Shown piece after piece: positions 28,818 to 36,609 of a stretch of 64,000 nt of DNA (the first letter of the stretch is position 1; each line of letters begins with the position of its first letter). The DNA lies in the NCBI GenBank assembly GCA_903861205.1, contig CAIOTC010000020.1:39976-103975 (forward strand). The letters run 5' to 3'. A program made the translations under genes and the position numbers. The DNA is from an uncultured bacterium. GTDB lineage: Bacteria; Patescibacteriota; Minisyncoccia; Phycocordibacterales; DATDWN01. Under the pieces are notes generated by a model that made no database searches, was not told the DNA's origin, and saw only the letters and a list, made by a program, of their open reading frames with translations.

Positions 28818-29591
28818 ATGACAAAAGCAAAAATTCTCTTGATCCATGGCTGGAACTACGCGAACTACACATCCTCTGGACGTACAGATGCATGGTCCAA
28901 CCGTTCAAAGTTTGTGCTCGCCCTGTCACAACATTTCAATGTCGTGACGATTAATTTGCCTGGATTTTGCGGACAGCCAGATCCGGAAAAGCCTTGGACA
29001 TTGGATGACTACGTCAACTATGCTGGAGAAATTATCGAGAAAGAAGAATCAAGTTACATTTTAGGATATTCTTTTGGTGGGGCGATTGCTCTGCGATGGA
29101 AAAAACAAAATGAAGGAAACGGAGTCAAAGCTATTTTGGTTTCTCCGGCGATTCTTCGCAAATACGAACACTCGGATTTGAGCCTTCCGCAGAAGATTCT
29201 CAAAAAGATTCTTCCCGGTGTGCCCATCTCTTTGCTCCGGGATTTTTACCTGACACAAATAGTCAAAAATCCTTACTATTCAAAGGCAACGAGAGTGATG
29301 CGCGAGACGTATCGTAACATTGTTGCTGTTGATTTGAGGAATGATTTGCAAAGTATTTCCGAACCGTTAACTTTAATTTATGGTGGAAACGATTCGGCTA
29401 CACCTCTGGCCCTAGTCAGGGAGGCTTTAGGTGACTCGGAAGTGCACCATGACCTATATGTCATTTCTGGTGGCGGACATGACATTGCGAATACCCACAC
29501 CGACGAACTAGTCGATCTAATCAAAAAAGTAAAGGAGGATGACGATGAAGCTCAGTCCACAGACATTTCTTCAGATTATCCAGGATGCTAA
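28818..29591 (+). CDS. Alpha/beta hydrolase
   Basis: LLIHGW, NLPGF, GYSFGG nucleophile elbow, IYGGNDSATP and GGGH motifs. Confidence 0.9.
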   Translation: MTKAKILLIHGWNYANYTSSGRTDAWSNRSKFVLALSQHFNVVTINLPGFCGQPDPEKPWTLDDYVNYAGEIIEKEESSYILGYSFGGAIALRWKKQNEGNGVKAILVSPAILRKYEHSDLSLPQKILKKILPGVPISLLRDFYLTQIVKNPYYSKATRVMRETYRNIVAVDLRNDLQSISEPLTLIYGGNDSATPLALVREALGDSEVHHDLYVISGGGHDIANTHTDELVDLIKKVKEDDDEAQSTDISSDYPGC

Positions 29592-30918
29592 GTGCGTTGG
29601 GCTACGCAATGTTGAGGATTTTGATATCCTCAACATTGCACACTTGAAACGATTCGAGTCTTTCTCTCCACAAAGTAAAATTCTCTACTTTGCGGTGTAT
29701 GAAGATGATCCCGAAAAATTTGGCTGGTATAACAAACCATTTGACCGGACGCTAAATATACAAAAACTGGGCGTTTACGAGAATTTTGTTTTTGTGGTTG
29801 ACGACAGAATTTCTGACGAACAACTTATCGGCATTCGCTACATTCGCGTGGATAATATCTATCACGCGATAGAGAGAATTTGTCGACATGTTGTTTTGCA
29901 AGTTAATCCACAAGTAATTGGGGTGACTGGCAGTGTCGGAAAAACTACTGGCACAGCACTCATTCAGGGTGTATTGGATAAAAAATTCAGTTGTGGAAGA
30001 ATTTACTCAAAACGTCTGACTCCACTAACTTTATCCTCGTGGCTGGTCAATTTTCTTGAGCCGGAGCACCAAGTCTTGACTTTGGAATACTCGATGTATC
30101 GAAAAAATCACATCGACATTTTGACTGACATATTGAGACCGGATATTAGCGTGTTTATGAACATCAAAAGAGTGCATCTTGGTGTGCAGGGAATAAATAC
30201 GCTGGACGATATTGTGGATGGCAAACGAGCTTTGGTCGACAAATCTCGTGTGGCTTTGCTTAATATCGATGATACTCGCATCTCTCGACTGAAAAGAAAA
30301 GGTGATTTTGGGTTTTCTCTGTCCAATCAGAGAGCGGACGCTTTTGTGTCAATTGCTGGCGATGAAGCAATGCTTGTTTTGAATTACACGAATCAAACCT
30401 TACGATTTGCGCCTTACATAAAAACGAGTTTGTTTTACTACCAGGCCGTTGTCGCCGGACTTCTTGGGGCGTATCTTGGAGTTCCAGCAGATTCAATTGC
30501 CGAGGCTCTGGGAAATTTTAGGCCGGCGGAAAACAGAATCAACTGGCTGGACATTTTCGGCCAACAGGTTTTGTTTGATGGCGATGTCACAACCAGCGGA
30601 CGAATGTCGTCTCTCTCCGAGCACCACTACTCAACCAGTCTGTTGATGATCCATAGTTTTGATTTTGGTGAGGAAAATGTCGACTTGCAAGTCGATGACT
30701 TCAACCAAGTTTTTTCAAAGTTTGACGAAGTTAGGGTTCTGGATACAGAGAAAAATAGAACTGTTGTTTCGAGACATTCTTTTAGAAATATCATTTTTAC
30801 ACAAAAGAATGACTTTCTTTCAGACCTCTCGAAATTTGAGTTCAAAGTTCTTCACTTCGCAATTTATTTTAGGAAACACAAAGATTTAAGTTTTCTAAAT
30901 GAGTTTATAGCCGCTTGA
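29539..30918 (+). CDS. Divergent Mur-ligase (MurF-like) protein
   Basis: VIGVTGSVGKTT P-loop, RPDI, HL...K..L and LLNIDD; the C-terminal domain is atypical. Confidence 0.75.
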   Translation: MTMKLSPQTFLQIIQDAKCVGLRNVEDFDILNIAHLKRFESFSPQSKILYFAVYEDDPEKFGWYNKPFDRTLNIQKLGVYENFVFVVDDRISDEQLIGIRYIRVDNIYHAIERICRHVVLQVNPQVIGVTGSVGKTTGTALIQGVLDKKFSCGRIYSKRLTPLTLSSWLVNFLEPEHQVLTLEYSMYRKNHIDILTDILRPDISVFMNIKRVHLGVQGINTLDDIVDGKRALVDKSRVALLNIDDTRISRLKRKGDFGFSLSNQRADAFVSIAGDEAMLVLNYTNQTLRFAPYIKTSLFYYQAVVAGLLGAYLGVPADSIAEALGNFRPAENRINWLDIFGQQVLFDGDVTTSGRMSSLSEHHYSTSLLMIHSFDFGEENVDLQVDDFNQVFSKFDEVRVLDTEKNRTVVSRHSFRNIIFTQKNDFLSDLSKFEFKVLHFAIYFRKHKDLSFLNEFIAA

Positions 30919-30958
30919 GTAATATCGAGTGGTTATTTTTTATGAAAATAATAACTTA

Positions 30959-31027
30959 AAAAACTTATGCACAAAAATTGTCCAGTCGGTATTGCTTTGA
31001 CTTTCCGCAAAGTTGTATAATTAAAGT
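30959..31027 (+). promoter_or_regulatory. Duplicated promoter block, copy 1
   Basis: 69-bp ungapped match to 36540-36608: AAAAACTTATGCACAAAA..TATTGC..TTTCCGCAA..TATAATTAAAGT. Confidence 0.7.
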
Positions 31028-31063
31028 GAAAACATTTACTATTTTTGAACTTAATAAATTTAT

Positions 31064-31666
31064 ATGGAAAACAATCTTGAAAATGTCGGGCAAACAACTC
31101 AAGCCGTTCCGAAAACAAACGGCGCCAAAAAAAGTTTGCTTGTCGCGCTGATTATTATCGTGGTCGCGTTGGCTCTGGCCGGCGGCTGGTATTATTGGAC
31201 GAGCAAAGCCAAGATGGCCAAGTCGACGCAGGTTGCCCTTCAATTGGCCGTGAACACTCCGGCCCGGACGAATATCACGCTTGCTTCTCTGGTGGGGGAG
31301 TCGAAAGTTGTTTTTCCGGATGTCGCGAAGCTTTTGCCCGTTGACCCGAAAAAAATGTCGAAAGAAAATAACGATTTGATTTTGCCGAACGCCGCGCAAA
31401 TCAGCATGAAAAATCTTTCATATGTCGACTCTCAAACAGGATTTTTTATAACATATCAAATCGCCAGCTCATCCGTTAAAGATTTTATGTCGTCGATCTC
31501 GCGTTTCGGCCAGGGAAAATGGCAGGTGACGGGCGGTTACTCTTCCAACTTCGCTGCCGTTCTCGATTTGCAAAACACCGTCTCCGGCGCGCTCGGCCAA
31601 GTCAAATATATTTTGTCCGGAACCGTAGGGCAGGTTGCCGTCAAAACCTTGGATAAAGTGAAATAA
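31064..31666 (+). CDS. Membrane-anchored hypothetical protein
   Basis: Single N-terminal TM helix. Confidence 0.75.
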   Translation: MENNLENVGQTTQAVPKTNGAKKSLLVALIIIVVALALAGGWYYWTSKAKMAKSTQVALQLAVNTPARTNITLASLVGESKVVFPDVAKLLPVDPKKMSKENNDLILPNAAQISMKNLSYVDSQTGFFITYQIASSSVKDFMSSISRFGQGKWQVTGGYSSNFAAVLDLQNTVSGALGQVKYILSGTVGQVAVKTLDKVK

Positions 31667-31755
31667 TGATATTTTAAGCCGTCTTTTTGCGGTTTTAGTG
31701 TTGACTTGCGTTGCAAGATGTTTCCATTGTATAATAAAGTCAGGAGGTTTTCGCC

Positions 31756-34086
31756 ATGCAGACGAAGACGGTTTTTCGGTTCTTTGTCATTGCGTTTTTT
31801 GCGTTTGCCGCCTTGCCCTTGTTTGGGCAGGTGGTGTACGAAGAAATTCAGATGCCAGTCAACTCCCTTGTGGGAAGCGTTGGAGTGGATGACTCGAATA
31901 ACTTCTGGATGTCGGGTGTTCAAAGCTTGAATGGTTCCGGATCCGGCAGATTGATTTTCGAGTTGGATCCAACCAAAACCATGGCTTCTTTTCTGGGATT
32001 TGCCGACGGGTACAATTCAAGGAAGCAAGCTGGGGCGACATACGTTTTCTACAATTCTTTTCCGCCCAAAGGGCCTCAAAATTTGTTCGGACAGAATGTG
32101 GATTCTTTGTCGCTTGTAACAACTCCGACCAGCTGGGTGTACGTTGGCCATTACATGGTGAACGTGTACCAAGCGGTTAACGGAGGCGTGAATCTTGTCT
32201 GTTCGGATTACACAATAGACGGAAATCCGAACCAGAAACCCACAGATCTTGTTGCCGGACCGTTCTCGAATACGGACGGGAGTTATTTTCTGTCTGGATT
32301 TGTGAATGCAACTCCGAAACTTTTCCAGCTCGGGGCACAAGGATCCGGCGGGCAATGCGATCTCAAAACCGTTCTGACGAGCGATCACCAGATCATCCAG
32401 GCCTACAGGCTTGGAACGGACATTTTGGTTGAAGAGTTGGCAACACCGACTCCAAACTCGCTCAATCTTCTGACGGAAATCGCGGTTTCCGCCAAAGGCG
32501 GTCCGCTGACCGTTTTGCTCGGACCCGTAGGGGACAACAATCCGCAGATCTTGACCGGCAGGAGCTCTGTTGACCTTTCGGTCGATCAGAAAACCAAAAC
32601 GGCCGTGATCACATATGCCGACAACACTGGCTTACACGCCATGTTGTGGCCTTCAATGCGCGAGTTTTACTCCAGCGCAAACGATCAGTCGGCGACCAAA
32701 CTGGCAACCGAGATTCGGGGGGTGTATTTTAATCCTCCATACATGATTCTCGGTGGCAACCCTGTCAATATAGGATTCCAGAGTAGCAAGGTTATTTTGG
32801 CGAACACCGATACTGGTGCAACATACCCTGTAATTGACAGCTCGACGGTGATTGACGGACTCAATGCCAAACTGTTTCCGTACAGCGTTTTTGCAGTCAC
32901 ATCAACCGGTTTTGTGGATTTTGTTGTGTATAATTCAAATTATCCAACTGATCCACATATACACACCTTTCGAGCCCAGATCCCTGGTGTCTCCCAATTC
33001 CCACCGACGACAGTCAGCAGCTTCACCGCCGACAACCTGTCGGTCACGGAAGGCGACGCTGTCACACTCGCTTGGAACACGACAAATGCCAACTCGGTCT
33101 CGATCGACAACGGCGTCGGCTCGGTTTCTGTTTCGGGGACGGCGCAAGTTGTTGTCAGCGGGACGACCACGTTCACTTTGACGGCTACTGGCTATGGCGG
33201 ATCTGCCACGGCCACGGTGACTGTCACGGCAACGCCGCGCAAACCGGCCATCAGCAAATTCTCTCTTTCCACGGGCGAAGCAACATCAACCGTGGCCCAG
33301 GGCAGCGTGCTGAGTGTGCTCGGAACGAACATGTGTGGACTGGTGACGGACATCACGTACGAAGTCGAGATCATTGCCACCATCCGACCATTGCCGTACT
33401 CAATCGGCGGTTGCCGGATGAGAATCACCGACGCAAGTGGCAACACCAGCTACCTGCCGATGAAATTCGGCATCACCTTCGCCACATCCACTCCGCCGCA
33501 TCAGTCGCAATCCAACGGGCAGATTCCGTGGAGTCAGACTCCCGGTGTTTACCAGTTGGTTGTCGAAAATCGCAATTGGGCCACCGACGCCTACGTGAGC
33601 GAGACGGATCCCGTTTCGATCACTGTGGTTCCGGTCAACCCTTCGCTCAACCGCGCAAATGACGGCACGAGCGATCCGCCGCTTGACATGACCGACGGAT
33701 CCGGCGCATCTGTCACGCCGAAAAATCCCGCCCAGCCCGGCGGAATGTTCCTTGCAAAGGGAACCGGCTTCGGCCAACCGACTGTGCCTCTTCCCGCCGG
33801 TATGGCGCCAGCAGATATTCACCTCTCCGACTGGGACAACATCCAGTCGCCGGCTGAAATCTGGGCGTATGTTTCGGAGGGCGGCAACTGGAACATGCAC
33901 CAACTGCCGATTCAACTCGCGGTCATGGACCCGAGCGACATCGGCACGCAGATTGTTGTGTTCGCCGTTCCGGACGATGTTAATCCGGACGCCGGCCAGC
34001 AAAACGCTTTCATGTTTTTCAAAATGGCAGACGGGACGACAACCCCGATCAAAGGGTTCCCGCTGTCGCCAAAGGTGGTGAAATGA
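31756..34086 (+). CDS. Secreted protein with Ig-like and TIGR03437-like C-terminal domains
   Basis: Signal peptide; 'FTA...V..GD.VTL.W.TTNA.SVSIDNGVG' Ig repeat; VAQGSVLSVLGTNM, LPYSIGG and NPAQPG..GTGFG motifs. Confidence 0.75.
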   Translation: MQTKTVFRFFVIAFFAFAALPLFGQVVYEEIQMPVNSLVGSVGVDDSNNFWMSGVQSLNGSGSGRLIFELDPTKTMASFLGFADGYNSRKQAGATYVFYNSFPPKGPQNLFGQNVDSLSLVTTPTSWVYVGHYMVNVYQAVNGGVNLVCSDYTIDGNPNQKPTDLVAGPFSNTDGSYFLSGFVNATPKLFQLGAQGSGGQCDLKTVLTSDHQIIQAYRLGTDILVEELATPTPNSLNLLTEIAVSAKGGPLTVLLGPVGDNNPQILTGRSSVDLSVDQKTKTAVITYADNTGLHAMLWPSMREFYSSANDQSATKLATEIRGVYFNPPYMILGGNPVNIGFQSSKVILANTDTGATYPVIDSSTVIDGLNAKLFPYSVFAVTSTGFVDFVVYNSNYPTDPHIHTFRAQIPGVSQFPPTTVSSFTADNLSVTEGDAVTLAWNTTNANSVSIDNGVGSVSVSGTAQVVVSGTTTFTLTATGYGGSATATVTVTATPRKPAISKFSLSTGEATSTVAQGSVLSVLGTNMCGLVTDITYEVEIIATIRPLPYSIGGCRMRITDASGNTSYLPMKFGITFATSTPPHQSQSNGQIPWSQTPGVYQLVVENRNWATDAYVSETDPVSITVVPVNPSLNRANDGTSDPPLDMTDGSGASVTPKNPAQPGGMFLAKGTGFGQPTVPLPAGMAPADIHLSDWDNIQSPAEIWAYVSEGGNWNMHQLPIQLAVMDPSDIGTQIVVFAVPDDVNPDAGQQNAFMFFKMADGTTTPIKGFPLSPKVVK

Positions 34087-34225
34087 GCCAGCTACCCTGC
34101 TTCGTTCTCACCAATTGTACTTTCGCCAAGGAGCTTCACTCCCCGGCATTAAGAAACCGGCCACCGCCTCTCACGAGACGCTGGCCGGATTTTTTGTGGA
34201 AAAAATCGGAAGAATTTTTATAAAT

Positions 34226-34885
34226 TTATTTTGAATTTATATATTTAACGAATTCTTTTTCCATTATTTCTATATTACTGCCAAATATTTTTTCAAAATT
34301 TTTGCTGAAATTGTCATAGAAGTAGTTTTTTTCCAAGGTAAATATGAGTTCACGAACTTTTTCAATGGAAAATTCTTTAACTAGAAAACTGACAAACATC
34401 TGAGAAATTTTGTAGGCGTAATAGTTTGAGTTTTCATCCCAACACCTCGGAGTTCCAAGTTTCTTTAAAAATTTTTCCTCAATATATATATATTCATCAG
34501 AAATATTGAATCCAGCGACAAAAGAAGAAAATCCTTCATTTAGCCACTTTGGTATTTTATGTCCACCAGAAAGAATATCTAAGAATACGTGTGAGATTTC
34601 GTGTTTTAATATCGAAAGGAATTCATTTTTTTCGTGAGTGCTTTCTTTTGCCATGCAGTCTGGATGCAAAATATCGATATCACCTGAATAAGATGCATTT
34701 GCAACTTCCCATTCAAGAGTTATTCTTTTTAATTTGTTCTCGAAATCCTTTCTTGATTTATGCACAGTAATGTTTATACTTTCTGGTTTTTTATCAAAAA
34801 ATTTCTCCGCTTCTTGATAAGCAGTAGATGCCATTTTTTCTATTTCATTATAATCTTTACCTTTGTAGACTATATTTATTTTCAT
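34226..34885 (-). CDS. Gluzincin (peptidase MA-like) metallopeptidase
   Basis: LKHEISH...IPKWLNEGFS...AY.ISQMFVSFL. Confidence 0.8.
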   Translation of the reverse strand: MKINIVYKGKDYNEIEKMASTAYQEAEKFFDKKPESINITVHKSRKDFENKLKRITLEWEVANASYSGDIDILHPDCMAKESTHEKNEFLSILKHEISHVFLDILSGGHKIPKWLNEGFSSFVAGFNISDEYIYIEEKFLKKLGTPRCWDENSNYYAYKISQMFVSFLVKEFSIEKVRELIFTLEKNYFYDNFSKNFEKIFGSNIEIMEKEFVKYINSK

Positions 34886-34902
34886 AAAATTAAATTATCG
34901 CT

Positions 34903-34943
34903 AAAAAATAAGGCGAGAGAGTCTAGCTAGAACCCTCTCGCCT
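34903..34943 (-). terminator. Intrinsic terminator after the precursor peptide
   Basis: AGGCGAGAG...CTCTCGCCT stem followed by a U-tract on the minus strand. Confidence 0.8.
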
Positions 34944-34949
34944 CGTCGG

Positions 34950-35102
34950 CTACTTGTTGCACTTGTTGTCACATGATTGGCAGTTGACGCACTGGCAACT
35001 GCCGCCGGAAGTGAGTCCGATCGAGTTGACAAGCTCGGCAGACTGCTGAGAGCGGTTGATAACCTCGGCAGAGTTCACAAAAAACTTCTTTGTGTTTTGC
35101 AC
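34950..35102 (-). CDS. Cys-rich RiPP precursor peptide, 50 aa (not in ORF track)
   Basis: GAAAGGAGG SD and GTG start; MQNTKKFFVNSAEVINRSQQSAELVNSIGLTSGGSCQCVNCQSCDNKCNK; 18 nt after the rSAM stop. Confidence 0.85.
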   Translation of the reverse strand: MQNTKKFFVNSAEVINRSQQSAELVNSIGLTSGGSCQCVNCQSCDNKCNK

Positions 35103-35120
35103 GGATACTATCCTCCTTTC

Positions 35121-36428
35121 CTATTTAAGGATAACTCCGCTGTTAAAAAGTGTCAATACGACCTCAATAATATCACTGGCGTCTAAACCAGTTTCCTCTG
35201 TAATTTCAGCTGAGGAAAAGGTTCTTTTTTGGACCATAAGACGAACAAGTTGAAAACCATCGTGCGTCAAAAATTGGACACTAGTTCCAACATAGGCGAT
35301 TCCGCCAAAACTTTCCTCTCGCAATCTGGTGAGGGAATTTATTTCAACGCGTTCTTCCAACAAGATTTTTCCAAATTGTTTTTTCCGATTGGGCAACTTC
35401 GCCACTCTTTTTGGGTTGAATATGGGCAAAGACATGTACATATCTTTACCATTATAACTACCGTTTGTTGTTTTTGATGACATACGACAACCACCTTCGC
35501 ATATTGTCGTAGCTGAACAATTTATACACTCTGTCGGAAGCATTGATTCCTCCGACCACGGACTCATATTTGTCCAAATGGCGGAAAAATCTTCTTGAAA
35601 AACGTTACCGAATGATTTGTCGGCATGTATGCATGGCCTGACCATTCCAGTTGAGGAAATGGCGCATGATGTTGTGGCCGCGGAACATATTCTGTTGCCA
35701 AAAAAGGATAAAAAATCATCCTCATCGTTTTCATTAAATAAGCATCTGGCTATGGGTTCCAGCGTGTCGACGCTTATTCTGAAAGTTTGTTCTACCAAAA
35801 GAAGATTTCTCAGCGCAGATTTGCATTCTTCACCACTCAAAACAAAAGGTAAGTTTGACTCATGCGATGGAACCATTGGGGTTGCACAGAAAGTTTTTAC
35901 TCCTAGATTGTTAACAAGTTTGCCTACCTCAAACACTTCACTAAGGTTGAGCTTGGAAACGACCATATTTGTAGCTACCAATATACCCGCTTTAACCAAT
36001 TTTTCTATTCCTTTTAATGTTTGCGGGAATCCACTTTTAGTTCCTGTTATGAAATTGTGCGTTTCTTCTTTCCCGAGTATAGAACATAGAACATGATCAA
36101 GACCTTCATCTTTTAGTTGCTGAGCGGCGTCCGAAGTGACTAAGGACGCGTTGGTGTTTAGCCCAATTTCCATCCCATATTCTTTGGCTTTTCTGAGTGT
36201 CGGAAACAACACACCTGGTCTCAAAAGCGGTTCGCCGCCAGTGAGGGTAATGGCACTAACGCCATATTTTGCCAGAGTATCAATAACTCTCAAAAAATCT
36301 GTGGAGTTCAATTCTTGTTTGTCGCTTTTTGTGTCGTACCTCCAGTAGTTGTAACAATGTCTACATCTAAAATTACAACTCTCGGTCAATTCAAGTTGAA
36401 CATCGACAGGACCGGATAAGCGTTTCAT
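35121..36428 (-). CDS. Radical SAM/SPASM peptide maturase with C-terminal RRE (PqqD/MftB-like)
   Basis: CNFRCRHC, TGGEPLLR; SPASM C.A....CAI...G.V.PC...CINC...ICEGGCR; C-terminal LREESFGG..Y..followed by helices. Confidence 0.9.
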   Translation of the reverse strand: MKRLSGPVDVQLELTESCNFRCRHCYNYWRYDTKSDKQELNSTDFLRVIDTLAKYGVSAITLTGGEPLLRPGVLFPTLRKAKEYGMEIGLNTNASLVTSDAAQQLKDEGLDHVLCSILGKEETHNFITGTKSGFPQTLKGIEKLVKAGILVATNMVVSKLNLSEVFEVGKLVNNLGVKTFCATPMVPSHESNLPFVLSGEECKSALRNLLLVEQTFRISVDTLEPIARCLFNENDEDDFLSFFGNRICSAATTSCAISSTGMVRPCIHADKSFGNVFQEDFSAIWTNMSPWSEESMLPTECINCSATTICEGGCRMSSKTTNGSYNGKDMYMSLPIFNPKRVAKLPNRKKQFGKILLEERVEINSLTRLREESFGGIAYVGTSVQFLTHDGFQLVRLMVQKRTFSSAEITEETGLDASDIIEVVLTLFNSGVILK

Positions 36429-36492
36429 CTCGTCTCCTTTTAAGCCAAATGGCTTGCAGATACCAGTTTTTCAATGTACTTTTTCTAAGACA

Positions 36493-36521
36493 AGAATACT
36501 GAGTGGTAGATCTTTTGTCAA
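36493..36521 (-). promoter_or_regulatory. Sigma70-type promoter of the rSAM operon
   Basis: TTGACA-17-TATTCT on the minus strand; AAGGAG SD before the ATG. Confidence 0.7.
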
Positions 36522-36609
36522 GCACTAATTTTTTGAAGAAAAAACTTATGCACAAAAGTTGTGTGGCGGCTATTGCCACACATTTCCGCAACGTAGTATA
36601 ATTAAAGTT

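Noticed and set aside
34977-35253. Plus-strand ORFs over the precursor region
   Set aside because: Antisense shadows; the SD, operon direction and terminator support the minus-strand peptide.
15478-36553. oriC suggested by DnaA-box-like 9-mers (15478, 17772, 30965, 36546)
   Set aside because: The boxes are single and scattered at promoters; no cluster and no dnaA/dnaN.
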